NCBI RefSeq assembly: GCF_000315625.1 | Contig: NW_005434605.1 | Coordinates: 176,407-240,406 of the forward strand | Source of the DNA: Guillardia theta CCMP2712 | Lineage: Eukaryota; Protista; Cryptophyta | Direction: 5' to 3' | Length of the DNA stretch: 64,000 nucleotides | Shown here: one piece after another, positions 1-17,442 of the stretch | How positions within the stretch are numbered: the first letter of the stretch is position 1 | Layout: the number at the start of each line of letters is the position of its first letter | Position numbers and translations under genes: made by a program | The notes under the pieces: model-generated | Told to the model about the DNA's origin: nothing | What the model saw: the letters and a program-made list of their open reading frames with translations, nothing else | Databases searched by the model: none

Positions 1-249
1 GTCAAGAGAAGTTTTTCAAGGCTGATCCGAGCCGACGAGCTGGCAGAGTTGCCTACGTCATGAGTACACAGAGCTGTAGGCAACACGGTAAACTGATTGG
101 CTGGAACTAGCCGAGCGTGTGGTGATAACAGTGTTAGTGACCAGACCTTGGATGAAGTAGAGACCGTGAAGAATGTGCACATCCAAAGTCACGCTTGGAT
201 TGACTTCGTCACGAAAGGGAGCAGCTTTGCCCGGGAGGTCGCGTCGAAT

Positions 250-790
250 TGAAGCGAAGTGGTTCGAAGAAATTCAGACAAGCTGAATATGGTGAAGGGA
301 GATGACGGAACATACACAACGTTGTCAAGATTCAGCCGAAATGTTTCGAACCATATGAAAAGTGGTTTGAGACATCTCCGTTATGCATAAGCTGAATGCA
401 TGATCGTACATTTGTCAAGAGGGAACCTTATTCACAGCCCGGATAGATGGTGATCCGCCAGGTACCAGAGAAACCGTTGAACCGCAAAGCGTCAGCATGA
501 AGAAGACCATCCGTACCTGCCGTGAAGGGAAGAAAGGCCTTCGGAAGTTGATGGGTGGCATAACTTTAGCGATGATCCGAAATCTTCTCAGCGTTGGGCG
601 GGGCCGGAGAGCGAATGCACTGGCCGAAAGGCCGACCGAGAACGGTGGCAGCCCATTCCCGGAGGTGTGGGTGGAAGGGCCAGGGAGCCAAAGGTCGCCC
701 ATGATGTGTCGGTTGGTGGGGCCATGCTGAGGGACGAGCGTCGGAGGGTCCGGGGAGTCACGGAGTCCCGGCCGGGCGGGTGTGTCGCAG
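250..790 (-). mobile_element. Degenerate 3' fragment of a CRE-like non-LTR retrotransposon (restriction-like endonuclease region)
   Basis: Minus-strand pieces across frameshifts and stops: PPTLVPQHGPTNRHIMGDLWLP ... AEKISDHR*SYATHQLPKAFLPFTAGTDGLLHADALRF / FLWYLADHH. This resembles the RLE signature order (R-x-D ... K-x-x-x-Y ... AF-x-P-x-x-x-x-T-x-G-x-LH-x-x-x-x-R). No intact ORF and no RT domain seen. Confidence 0.4.
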
Positions 791-959
791 TCCCTGCTGA
801 TGCGACATCTGTCGTCACCGTATGACGACAATTGGCCATACGAGAGACACTGCTTCTCGCCGATGGTTCTAGAGCTGTAGCACAAGGATCACACTGAGGT
901 GGGAGGCAGCCTGGCCGGTTCGTCGTACTTCAGTTTTAACTTAACTTTGAGTAAATGCT

Positions 960-1175
960 GTTTAGTTGGGGATGAGAGGGGACGAGGGCTATTCCAACGG
1001 AAACTTCTACCACCCACCTTACCCCTCCCAACTTTGGAAAGTTAAGGGGTAGGAGAAACAATTCCCATCGAGTTCATTACCCCTTATTTTGATATGTAAT
1101 ACATTGTTATTTCAGTGGTGGGTGATACTACCCCACCCATGAATGACTCCTCAGGGTGTTGATCACCCACCCTCC
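960..1175. promoter_or_regulatory. YACCCC/GGGGTR motif cluster upstream of the EFHC gene
   Basis: ctaccacccacc, tacccctccc, ggggtag, tacccctt, ctaccccaccc, cacccaccc within ~200 bp, mostly C-rich on the sense strand. Confidence 0.5.
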
Positions 1176-1570
1176 CATATTGCGCGTGTCAAAGGAACTG
1201 AAGCCCCATGCCCAAACTTCATGGCGGCGCCTCCTCCTTTTCCGTTCTCCTCCCCTGCTCACTGTCGTCTCCGTTGTGCTCCTCGCACTTGCACTCCATC
1301 TGATGTCATCTGATGTCCTCCTATCCTTTCTCAGTGCCGCAGTGCCCAGTCTCGCTGTAGCCTCTTGATGCTCCGAGTCTGATCGTCTCTTCCTCCCTCC
1401 CTCTCTTGCCACAGCTGTCCTCTCATCCTTTCTCCCTGCTTTCTTCACAAGGCTGCACTGCGTGATAAGACGAAACGTTTTCTCTGCGTTTCGTTTATCG
1501 CTTCCATGCTTGTGTTTCTCCTCTCTGCACATCGCTGATGACTTTTTGCCTTTCAGTTGGGTTGACCGCC

Positions 1571-4007
1571 ATGTCGACAACCTCCTTTCAGCCGCATAGC
1601 GCAGCCAACACTCTGGCAGCAAACCCCAACCATCTCGGAGCAGGGGGACATTTCCGCAGCGACTACAAGAAGTCGCATGCCTTCGATTACAGGCACGGGG
1701 CTCCCTTCGAGCGCGACCGCAACGCTCGCTCACCGTCTCGCTCCTCTCCTGACGTCTCCATGAGGCTCGTCGCTCCGAAGCCTCCGGTCACAATCAGGGG
1801 AATGAGCGCCTATGGAAACATCCTTGCCGATGGTTTGGATGACGCGGTGTCGGACGATGGCCGATCCTTCCGAGGAATAGATGGTCGAGACAGCTCCATG
1901 TCCATGGTGTCAGACTACACGCTGAGCTACGGTCTGGAGGCACTCGACAACGACAAGCTGGTCAAGAACGACGACGGAAGGTTCGTCCCTGCCTTCGTTG
2001 CGCTGGACCGCAAGGTGCTGCGTTTCCACGTCTGGTTCCGCGATCCTCGAGCAGCGGTGGGCTTCAAGATCAGGCAGGCGACTCTGTTCCACTACCTGGA
2101 GGACGGGAGCACCAGGGTGTCTGAGAAGCGGGTGGAGAACAGCGGCATCGTCACTGGTGAGGTAGCCTGTAGGCATCGAGCTCCGAAGCCAGGGAGCAAC
2201 GGAGAGTTCTACACGGTCGAGGACTTTGACGTTGGGGTGGAAGTCGTGATCTTTGGGAGGACGTACAACATCATCGACATGGACGATTTCACGCGCGAGT
2301 TCTACGAGCTCAATGGGATCTCGCGGGCAGAACCGCTCCCCATGCCCAGCGATTATGTCGAGCCCTCGACCACCGCAGGGGTGAGTGAAGGGAGCGGATG
2401 GGGAGGCTGGAGACGATGATGAGTGGAAGAGACAGATGAGGCGAAAGAGGAAGAAGGAGGGGTGGGGAGCAGACTGGAGTAGGGTTGCACGGAGGGACTA
2501 GCAAAAGATGGTGGGATCTTGATGATTTTGACCCTTCTCTCGTCTTTGCAGCCTCCTAAGACCATCCACTCTTACCCGGATGTGGTGTTTCAGAGCCAGG
2601 GAGTTTCTGATCGCTTCCTCAACCTCGACAGGAAGGTCCTCAGATTCTACTGCTCCTGGAACGATGACAGGGCATACGGGGAGGAAACCTACTACGTACT
2701 GCACTACTTCCTCGTGGACGACACGGCAGAGGTGAGTACAGGACCCTGTCGCTTCCTCTTCCACCCTCACCCCCCCCCCCCTCCTCTTCCTCTCCTTCCC
2801 CTTCCCCTTCCGTTCCCTTCCCTCTCCCCATCCCCCTCCTCTTCTCATTCCATTCCTCCCCAAGTGCCCCCCCTTCCCTTCCTTTCTGCTTTGGGCTTCT
2901 CTTCCTCACGTTCCTGATCTTCCAACTCCTCAAACGATCTTCAGGTCCTCGAAGTCCATCACAGGAACGACGGGCGAGACCCCTGGACGTCCCTCCTGAA
3001 GAGGCGGCCGCTCCTCAAGGGCCTCCCACGGCAGGTCATCGAGACGGAGGAGGACAGGAAGAAGAACCCGCAGCCCCGCTGGCACTGGACGGAGCTGACG
3101 GTCGGCAAGGTTATCCAGCTGTACAATCGAGACTTCTTGATCCGCGACTGCGACCAGTTCACCAGGGACTGGATGGACAAGCACGGGCTGCCGCAGACCG
3201 AGGCCGTCCTCCCTGAGCCGCCTGCACTCTTGGAGTTCAAGAGGAAAGTGCCCAACTATCTTGGATTCGGTTCGCACGAGGACTCTTTCCAAACTGTCCT
3301 CAACCCCATCATGCCCAAGGTGAACAAGAAAGATTTCATCAAGGCGATGGCGAACAGCGGCAAGATCATGAGGTTCAAGGCCAAGATCGTCTCCACCATC
3401 CCTGAGGACGATGGGAGACTTTTCATCATCTCCTTCTTCCTCGCCGACGACGAGATGTCTGTGTATGAGCTCCCGACCCGCAACACCTTCTCCGGGCTGA
3501 GGGCGGACGGAAGCAAGTTCCTCGAGAAGAAGAAGGTACTGCACCCCGAGGGCAAGCAGTCTTCCCTTCCGCGTTACTACGGTCTCAACGATCTTCAGAA
3601 CTGGCAGGTGGGCAGTAGAGTGATCATCAACAGCTTTCAGTTCGAGATCATTGGAACTGACGACTACACGTCCAACCTGCTCGCTGGAGAGCACCAGAAG
3701 ATCGACATGAGCAAGAGGCTGATCCTCTCCCAGATCAAGTCGGAGATGCGCAAGATAGCGATCCAACAGAAGGATCAGTTCGAGTATGTCGACAGGAGAG
3801 ACGACGGGGTCATCAGCGCCGACGAGCTTGACTCAACGCTCAAGAGCGTCGGGATCAGAGTGTCCGAGGTAACCTTGCTGCTACTGCACTGCTCATGTCT
3901 CATGTTTCCGGCAGGCCGAGATTCACGAGCTGATTTCTCTCTTCGACCTCGACGGTGATGGCGCGCTCAACTTTGACGAGTTCAACAAGATGTTAGAGCA
4001 GATATGA
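1571..4007 (+). CDS. EF-hand domain-containing axonemal microtubule inner protein (EFHC1/EFHC2/Rib72 family): 3 DM10 domains plus EF-hands
   Basis: Three DM10 repeats (DRKVLRFHVWF...HYLEDGS; DRKVLRFYCSW...HYFLVDDT; GKIMRFKAK...FFLADDEMSVYE) and a C-terminal EF-hand DLDGDGALNFDEF. Exons about 1571-2380, 2552-2731, 2945-3868, 3915-4007 with GT-AG introns. Confidence 0.9.
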
Positions 4008-4140
4008 GACAAAGCCACACAGACTCTTGGACCGCAAACAACTTCTTGTGTAACAAAACTAATCGAGTCTTGTAAGTCTTCCTCTTCAGCTCCAGCACCC
4101 CAACGGCTGACTAAAGCACGAGTGCGCGCTCTCTCTACCT

Positions 4141-5471
4141 TCATACCCTAGATCCTTCTTGCATGACACGCTGTGGGCTGTAGCGCTCGTAACGTTGCTG
4201 CTGGACATAGCTCTGCTGCTGGTACTGACTCTGAGACCTCGGGACATAGCTCTGAGGCACGTAGCTCTCCTGGACGTAGCTCTGATGGTACTGACTTTGA
4301 GTCTGAGGCTGTTGGTAGTATTGTGTCACTGCATACGAGGTGTTTGGAGGAGCCGAGCTGTTATGATGGTCCACCTGTGTGGTGGAGACACCTGGAGCTC
4401 TAGATCAGTTGTGCCCCTTCAAAACATCCTTCCTTTACCTGGCGCTCGATAGCTCCTGAGGTATCGCCCGGGCTGGATCGAGGGCCTCTCGTACTCAACG
4501 ATGTGAGGTGTATCAACAAATTTCTGCTCGTCATGTCAACGACCTCAAACAGCTGCTGGTGTTCTGCCGTTCACACCTGGCTCTGCACTGTGTGTGCAAC
4601 GGGGACGATGCGGGGAACGTCAACGGTTGTTGGCTCTTGAACGGTGTACTGTCTATCTTCCATGGTCACTCTCGGTCTCTGAACCGTGACTTGCTTCGTG
4701 TCCATAACTTGTCGTGGGACTTGAACTTTGCGCTCTTCTGTGATTGTCTTGGGAACTTGAATAACTCGCTGAAAACAACCGAAAGTAAGCGCGCACAGAA
4801 CGGTCTAAGATGCGAAGCGAGGCACCTTCTCGTTTTCTTGCACATGCTTCGTGACATATGTCATCATTGGGACCATCACTGTTCTAGGGACCATTCTAAG
4901 AACCGGGATCTTCACTTCTTTGGGAACAGGAACTATCACTTCCTGCACAAACACATCACATCTATGCAAACTATAGCTCACTGCCATCCCTCTCCTCACC
5001 TGCTCTTCCATGACTGTCTTCGGAACAGAGATAACTTGTTCGTCGATAATGGTACGAGGCTCTTGCACAGTGTATTCGTACGGCTCCATTACAGTCTTGG
5101 GAACCTGGGGAAGGCATTTCAAAACATGACAAAGGGCATCTTGTTATGACCTTGATGTTGATCGTCTTGGGTTCCATCACGACTTTCTTCTCAGGTACCG
5201 TTGTTTGGGAAAACATGATCTTTGTGTCCGGTACAGCTTGCTTCTCTGTCACCAGAAACCTGTTTCATGTCATTCTCAAAATCACAGCCCGCCTTGAATG
5301 CGAACCTATCCACAATCCTCCCATCTTCGGTCCGGTACGTTCCACTTGGTACACCATGAACAGGGTGCTCGTAATCTATGCCTGAGCATTTTGCAAGTCT
5401 CAGGGACAATGCTTCAGATCTATCTACAAGTTTTGTTCACCGTCTGGTCCATTGTACGACATGCTCTGCAT
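4141..5471 (-). CDS. Epiplastin/articulin-like cortical (periplast) skeleton protein
   Basis: Spliced product rich in V/E/K/P/T with repeated VPKTVME, VQVPRQVM, VPVPKEVKIPV units, a VEYERPSIQPGRY motif and a Q/Y/S-rich C-terminal tail; about 7 short introns. Confidence 0.8.
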
Positions 5472-5844
5472 GATTGGTGAGCTCGGCTATCACCTGGATA
5501 CAAGCGGTCAAAAATTGTAGTTTCGAGCAGCATGCGATCTCTCAAGTCGCTATCTAAACATGTTCTGTGTTGCTGCAAGAGGAAACGAGGGAATGACAGC
5601 TCTACTCGACCCTTCTAGTCCACTGATTTGAAACGTCAGGGGAGCAGAGAGAATCCAAATTTCGTGAAATTGTGCAAGAGCATGTGAAGTTTCCTCGCAG
5701 GGTTGGGGAGGGAGGGAGGAGGAGAAGGAGATGACGACGAGCGCGAGGCTTCAGCATGGAACATTCCCCAAGGGATCGAGGAATGCGAGGCAACCGCGGC
5801 GCCCATGGCAAGGCGTCTTCGGACCGGCGGAGGCGGCACAAGGC

Positions 5845-6220
5845 AAGGGGGGTGGGGTAGTCAGCCTCAGACCGGGTGCTTCAAGAAGAGTTCTCCCTGA
5901 CAGGGGTAGTACATATAGGAAACATTGGATATGGACGGGGTGGTACTGAATATGATCTCGCCCGAGGGGGTGGGTAGATCAATTGGGTCCCGACACAGTA
6001 GTGGTAGTAACGGAGTCTAATAGGGCTGGTGGGGTGGTCAAGGGGGGCAGTACACCAGAGGAGCCAGGGCAACGAAGGGGTGGGGTCATTGCCTGGGATG
6101 GTAGAACACGGACCGGTGAGATGGATGGCGGAAAATGCGGCAGGGTAGGGGTTACCCGTGTGGTGGTCAGGTGTTGTTCAAATTCCAGGGGTGGTCGGAT
6201 TAGAAACGGAGGGGTAGTCA
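5845..6220. promoter_or_regulatory. GGGGTR motif array upstream of the epiplastin gene (G-rich on +, so C-rich on the gene's sense strand)
   Basis: ggggggtggggtag, ggggtagt, ggggtggta, gggggtgggtag, ggggtggt, ggggtggggt, gggtaggggt, ggggtagt. Confidence 0.55.
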
Positions 6221-7287
6221 GTAGTGTTCGGCATCTCCTGGCGTGCTCGCAATGCAGGAGAGGAGGGGGGCAGTAAGGAGGGCAGCAGAGCAGAGCAGAA
6301 CAGAGATGGGATGTGAAGGGGAGAGGGGAGGACAGTAGGGCGAAGGCATAGCGAGAGCGAGAGACTAAAGCAGGAGAGAGAGCAGACAGCGAGGGATATG
6401 GGGAAGGAGAGACAAGAGATAGAGAGGGAGGGTGATAGCTAGAGTGCGAATGGAGTAAATATGTTTTAGGTATACCCAACATAGAATGATGGTGTCCTGA
6501 AGATGAAAGAAAAGGAAGAAGAGAGGTTCTGGAACGAGGTGACATTGAATGCGAGGTATGACAGAGATCGAAAGGGCCAATCAGAACAACATCAGTGAGC
6601 CTTGAAGGAGCGAACGGGCGGGAAATTGTTTTCTAGTCGATGTAGCATCATTGACTATGGATGTGAGTCATGGGCGTCGATGGAGAAACGATGGGAGGGG
6701 GGTAGCCGTTGGAAGGTAGTCAGAAGTAGAATGCTAGCGAACCGCATGCGGTAAAGTGTATATGACGTATATGACCATCATGGCGGGCAGCTTTAGCTGC
6801 CTTCATCAAACCTTTGATTCGAGTTCATGATGTGATGGTTGAGAAGAGGGACGAGCAGCAAGATATCAAAAAGCCTGAAGAGTTAGACGTCCAGACTTTC
6901 AGTTCATCCTTGTTTATTGCATCCCTGGGATTCTTTCTTCTTTCTTCTCTGAGCTCACATGCAAATGTTCATTGTGAGCACGTGGTTGGATCAAGTTGTT
7001 GGAGATAATCGAAAGGCTCCTCTCCTCCTCCTCGCCCTCCAGACTCCTCGCAGTAACTTCACTGTGCCGCGATGCTGGTAGCAATAGAGCGGGAAATGAG
7101 CCTGAGTTTGTAGAGCCTATCCGTGATTGAATGTTAATTGCTCGCCCGACTCTCCTTGAAACTCCTCCTCTCACTTTCAAACTTCCTTCCTCCTCCTCTC
7201 CTCCTCCAATCAACTCAGAAGAGTCACTATCGGCTGCTCAAAAAGCACTGGCCGAGCACACTCTGGAGCATCATCGGACTACTGAGC

Positions 7288-7525
7288 TCCGGAGTCCGGC
7301 GCAGCTGATCCGATCTCTGCCAGGGCAGGCCAATAATCAGGCTCCTCTGCTAATGTAATGCTGCAGCCCCGCCGGAGGCTCAGATGGTCTGAACCCGGGC
7401 CGGACCTCCGGCGCGGCGCTGCCAGCCCGGGCAGGTTAACTGAGTGCCGGAGGCTCAGTGCGGTCGGAGACCCGGCGGAGTCTGCCGGGCCCGCCGGGCC
7501 CTCGGCCTCACTTACTGTGCCGGGA
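7288..7525. promoter_or_regulatory. CCGG-rich GC island immediately upstream of the dynein IC start
   Basis: About 12 CCGG in ~240 bp, followed by a short A/T tract (aaaaatttaaaa...ttttcaaaattt) just before ATG 7587. Confidence 0.5.
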
Positions 7526-7586
7526 AAAATTTAAAATGGATTTTCAAAATTTATGAGCCTGCCTCAGAGTTTACCGATCCTGAGCC

Positions 7587-10049
7587 ATGGCGGGAGAGGA
7601 GCTTGAGAAGAAGCGGCAGAGGCTGGCGGAGCTAAGGAGAGCGAAGGAAGCTCGAGCCCTGCAGCAGGCATCGTCTTCAGCTGCACAGACTGCTGCATCA
7701 ACGTCTCTCCAAGCACTTCTTGCTTCTGTTGGTGCCGTGGGAGAAAGTAGTAAGCCAGCTGAAGGGGAAAGGGGAAGCGACAAGGCAGAGCAGCAAGAAG
7801 AGAGCAGAACTGCAGATCGGGTGGCGGCAGAGGATGAATCACGACCAAGGTCTCGGCGTGAGCATAATCTTGTAATCTCAGAAGCGATCATTGTGGACAT
7901 TCCGGGGAAGATTAGCGAAGCTTACGACAAAACTACTCAAACCGAGCAAGCAGCAGAGCCACAAGCACCTGAGGCGGATGGAGAAAGGAGTAGCGATGCT
8001 CATAAAATAGGGACTGGTACTGAGAGACAGCCGCATAAGGCACAAGAAGACATCAAACCTGCTCAGAACGATGACTCGGTAGACGCTGGGAATCCCGAAG
8101 AGTCTCTTCCCGAACCCTTAGGAGAGGAAGAGTGGAGGAGGCTTGCAATTCAGGACGACTTCCAAAGTTTCTTCTTCAACACCTCCAAGATCCTTGAGCG
8201 TGCTCTTGGACAGCAAGATTATGACATTTTCAAGGACTACACAGCGGACGACATGAGTATTGACTCCAAAGATACTAGAAAGTCGCTCCTAAAGCTGCAA
8301 ACTACATGTTACGATCAGCAAAGGTGTCAGGATCGTCCACTAGCAGCTCTAGAGTGGAGTGTTCACCACCCTGAGCTACTGTTAGCGGCGTATCATGATC
8401 CCGTCGCATCTCACCCATCCGGTGGGACGATCGGGGGCGGCCAGAGTACGCAGAAGGGTCTGGTTTGCATATGGAACATGCGAGCAGGACAGTTCTCACG
8501 TCCAGAGTATGTTCTGCAGTGTGAAAGTACCATCACTGCAGCAGCTGTCCATGCGTTCAGTCCTCACTGCTACATCGGCGGCACTCAGGTCGGGCAGATC
8601 GTCATTTGGGACGTCCGGGCACAGCTCACACCAGTTTCACGTTCTCTCCTCTCAGTTCAGGTAGAGCTGGGATGCAGGATTCCGTACGTTGTCAGCTGAC
8701 CCTCCTCTCAGGGCCATTCGCATCCGATAGTCGGGGTGCGTGCGGTGGGCACGCAGCATGCGCACAGCTTGCTGTCCTTGAGCAGGGACGGCAAGCTGTG
8801 CACTTGGAACCCTTCGAAACTCTCGGAGCCGATGGACCAGATGCCCCTCTCCATCGGGAGAACTTCAAGTGCCGCCCCTGAGGGAGCAGCAGGCGCATGG
8901 AAACTCGACGACCACACGGTCTCCGCCATCTCTTTCTGGGTCTCGAACTCCGACGTGGAGAGGTCACCTGCGAGCTCGCGGTTTCAGGGGCTCACGTAGT
9001 TTGTTTGCAGCTTCATGGTCGGGAGCGAAGATGGGTGTGTATACTTCGGCAGCAGGAAAAGCATCACCGACCGGGGCACCAGCCATGCGAGCACGGAGAG
9101 GAGGAGAGAGTGGATCTCCGGCTCGCTAGCAGGGCATTCTGCTCCGGTGACGGTGAGCTCCAGGCAATTTCCTCCGCCCCTTGTCCTCTGAGATGCTCGG
9201 TGCTACTCGCAGGCTGTGGATTTCCATCCGACTGCTGACGATGCCAAGTCGTCTCTGTCGAACCTGGTCGTCTCGAGCTCCATGGACTACTCCTGCAGGC
9301 TTGTCGCTGCCGATCTCTCCGCAGCTTCTTGACGCCCTCCTGACAGGATCTGGGACCGCAAGTCCGGCAAGGCACTCCTTGTACTGGACGCGGAGAGCTC
9401 GGAGTACATCTACGACGTCAAGTGGTCACCAAGTGATGAAGCCTCTCACTCGTTTCACAATTGACGTCTCCTGCCCCAGCTCAAGCTGGAGTCTTCGCGT
9501 CTGTGGATGGGTCCGGCCTGCTCCAGGTGTGGGATCTCTGCTCGAACCTGGAGGAGCCGCTAGGAGACTTCAACGTCTCGGCCCGCCACTCTGCTTCCGT
9601 GGATGCTTCAGTGGGATCGCAAGATCCTGTTAGAGGCCTGGGGTGTGTAAGTTGGTCAGGTGAGCCCTTCTCAACTGCTTCATAGCCGTCCTCGTCGTCC
9701 TTGTTCTCTCTCCTCTTCTCAATATTGTGTTCTGACCTTGAGCAGGAGACGGAAAGTCGTTAGCATGCGGAGACTCCGTGGGAAGGGTAAGCGATCATGA
9801 TCTCTCCCTGCTCTGCCCTTCTCCTCCTTTTGTTCTTCAGACAAGAGCAACTGAGTTCCTCCGCAGGTGCATATCGTCGGCCTCGGATCTGACATCAGCG
9901 AGTTTAGAACAGATTCGGTGAGATGCTTTCATTTTTCTTTGATCCAACTGAACGTTTCCTCCTCCTCCTCCTCCTCCTCTTCCTCCTTTCAGTCATGGGA
10001 GCAGCTTTACAACTTGCTCGCGAGCTCAACGGAAGACGAAAAACAGTGA
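7587..10049 (+). CDS. DYNC1I: Cytoplasmic dynein-1 intermediate chain (WD40)
   Basis: N-terminal ELEKKRQRLAELRRAKEAR helix, LC8-binding YDKTTQT, roadblock-binding region FFFNTSKILERAL, WD40 repeats (LEWSVHHPELLLAAY, GHSHPI, GHSAPVTAVDFHP, YIYDVKWSP..GVFASVDGSG); about 9 introns. Confidence 0.9.
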
Positions 10050-10074
10050 CCGAGTGAAATCTTTACTCATGATT

Positions 10075-10330
10075 GATTGCCGGCTTCAAAAGCACACAAC
10101 ACGCCGCCGCCGCGCCCGGACCCCCGGTGATCGGACTCTGCCGAGCCGGTTCTACCGCACCGTTCAGTCACTCTCACTGCTGGCCGGCCCGGTGACGGAC
10201 CGTCCGACTCGGAAACTAGAAACTTGACTCACTCAGTCACCGGCAGCCTTTTGGGCCCGTTCCCCGGCGTCCGGGACTGGGACCGCGACTCCGGGCCCCG
10301 GGCCCGGATGGAACCACGTCGCCGGCAGAC
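10075..10330. promoter_or_regulatory. CCGG-rich intergenic island
   Basis: About 12-13 CCGG plus many TCGG/CCGA/TCAG; contains CCGGTGATCGG at 10124-10134. Confidence 0.5.
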
Positions 10331-10734
10331 CAGAGATCATGTCGTGGCGCTGTTCTGGGCGCTGTTCATCGGAGCGCTGTAGGCTCCACTGTAGGCTGAA
10401 CATGCTGAACATGGCGAGATAGTGCTCAGAGTAGTGCTGCTGCAGTGGCCAAGTTCATGTCTGTTAGCCAGGGAAAGTGGAAGAGGAAAGGAAGAGAAGA
10501 CAGAGAAGAGGACGAGGACGAGGAGAGGAGGACGGGAAGAGGAGAGGAAAGAGACCGTGAGAACGAAGAGATAGGGGAAGAGGCTGTGGCGAAGGCAAGG
10601 TCAGGATCAAGTCGAGGAGATAGATGATGGCAGAAGCAAAAGGGTCGTGGTTGAGTGGGCAGACACAACAAGCAAGATGATGAAGCTACGGCAACTCACT
10701 TGATTTTTCTCAGGATGTTTGAGGTAGCAGCAGC

Positions 10735-11912
10735 ATGTCCATGAACATACCTGAACAGAGAGAGTTCTGGACCAAGTTGGTAGTGGCGGAGGTTGATCGG
10801 AGAAAGAAGAAGCTGCAGGAGAGGAATCTGAAGGCTATCCCTCTATCTGAATGTCCCCTTTCAAGCTGCCAAACTTCACTCCCCCCCTGGCTTTACCGCA
10901 TCTCCACCGCTTCTCCTCGGGTGATCGAGTTGCTGTCTTGAGCTCAGAGGACAAAATCCAGCTAGGTGAGATAACTCAGGTCCACGAAGAGGCGACGTGC
11001 GATGTGGAGCTGGACGATGGCGATGTGCTGGCGCGCGTCTCCATGGCGAACATCCGACTCCCCATGCTCGACGACCTTCCTCGCGTCCTCGTCGTCACTG
11101 TTAGGGGAGGAGAGCGAGTCCCGGGGAGGAGCGTGAGGGTTCGCTTCAAGGGGAGCGAGATGTCAGGAGTAATCTTGCAGGAAGAGGAGAAGGGAACGAG
11201 TGTACAGTTGGGGATGGATCATGCTTGGCGATGCTGCAGAGAGAAGAGAGATCTGTCGCTGCATGCGGAGATCGTGACGAGAGGGGAGAGCGACTGGCTG
11301 GTCACGTCGCAGGCAGAGTTTACACATGAGGAGATGAGGAGCGTGCTGGGAGCAGCCGGTGGTTGCCAGGTGAGTTGGACCAAGAGGAGAGGAGAGGCGA
11401 GGAGGGGAGGGGAGAGGAGAGGAGAGGAGAGGAGAGGAGAGGAGAGGAGAGGAGAGGAGAGGAGAGGAGAGGAGAGGAGAGGAGGGGAGCGAGAGGGAGT
11501 GAGAGGAAGGGAGGTAGAATATTAGGAGGAGGGAAAGAGGAGTGGAGGTCAGCGAAGGGGAGCGGTTAAAAAAAGGAGAGAAGGGAGCCGTGGAAAAGGG
11601 TTTGAGAGATGGGTGGGGGAGCAAGGAAGGGAGCCGATAGATTTGCGGATGTTTTTATGCTTTCGGTGAACGAGACTTGACAGATTGATCGAGAGATGGC
11701 AAGAACGGGAGGCAACGAGACAGCGGTCAGTCATGACAAAGCTGTTGTGCTGATCGTTGTTGTGGTTGTGGTTGTGGTTGTGGTAGTCGTGATTGTTGAT
11801 AAGAACGATTTTGTTGTTATTTGTGCTATTGATCATATTGACTTATTACCAGAAGTGCGTCCACTTTGTCTCCATCGTTGTTCGTCCGAACCCGACGTTC
11901 AGCATGTCATAA
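10735..11912 (+). CDS. Hypothetical protein with a possible Tudor/KOW-like SH3 barrel
   Basis: FSSGDRVAVLSSEDKIQLGEITQVHEEATCDVELDDGDVLARVSMANIR resembles a Tudor-type barrel, and a second similar unit follows (VPGRSVRVRFKGSEMSGVI). Donor gtgagt at ~11370 and terminal exon KCVHFVSIVVRPNPTFSMS*. The 5' structure is uncertain. Confidence 0.45.
11384..11483. repeat. (GGAGA)n intronic microsatellite
   Basis: Direct tandem pentamer. Confidence 0.95.
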
Positions 11913-12155
11913 ATACAGGGAGAGCTTAGAACTATTCGAAACTCATAAAACAGCAACTCAATAGCCAACAAGCTTTGAACATTGAGAGAGGTCGTAAAAT
12001 GCTCAGGCTTGTTGTTGAATCAAAGGTTGGTTTGCCTTGAAAGACAGCTGTAACGCAGTCTCTGTCATGCCGTTGTCTTGTGCCGCTCTTGTGTTGTTCT
12101 CCCTCTCCTCCTGCCGACGCTTCACCATCAACGGTCACCCGTTGCACATGTCAAG

Positions 12156-16828
<4,673 letters not shown>

Positions 16829-17199
16829 AGCGAACGCGAACGATTGAGGGCAGGAATCATTACCATGGCCACTTCATCTCGAAGGAGAGTCGGGGCATTG
16901 TAGGAGAAAGAACATGGAGGAGATAGAAGAGGAGAGAAGGAGAGAAGGAGAGAGAGGAGGGGAGAAGAAGGAAGAGGAGAGCAAGCGCCAACGAGAGAGC
17001 AACGAGAGAGCAGGATATGTATATCAATTAAAATAAATAAAATTCCGATGCCAACCATCTGAACCCCTGTTTTGTATCTAATGATGACGGGTGGTATCAC
17101 CACCCACCCCTCAAAAAGTGCTTAATTAACTAAAGTGGCTTGCTAGTCAAATTTCACGAAGTAAAGTGAGGAAAATCACTTGAAGGGCATGGTCAGATA

Positions 17200-17442
17200 C
17201 AGCCGCTGAGTGAGCCTCGGAGTACGCACCGGCAGCCCGGCCCGGCCACCCGGCCCGGGCCGCCGCTGATCGATCTGATCGCCGCCGCCCGGGATTCGGA
17301 GCCTCGCGGCTGACTGATGCTACGATCACTAGTAACTTATTAGTAAGCCTGAAGGCTTAGAAAGGCCCGGGCGGCCGGGTCACTGGCACAGGCCCCCCGG
17401 GCCCGGTCACCCTGGTGATCGGACCCGGTCCGGTCCGATCAA
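17200..17442. promoter_or_regulatory. CCGG-rich island in the divergent promoter (K+ channel / ARM gene)
   Basis: About 12 CCGG in ~205 bp, CTGGTGATCGG at 17412-17422, several TGATC. Confidence 0.5.

Noticed and set aside
2930-3766. 278-aa minus-strand ORF
   Set aside because: Antisense shadow of EFHC exon 3
4508-5149. 213-aa plus-strand ORF
   Set aside because: Antisense to the epiplastin gene
6240-7260. Short ORFs between the epiplastin and dynein genes
   Set aside because: Low complexity, no motifs and no coherent exon chain
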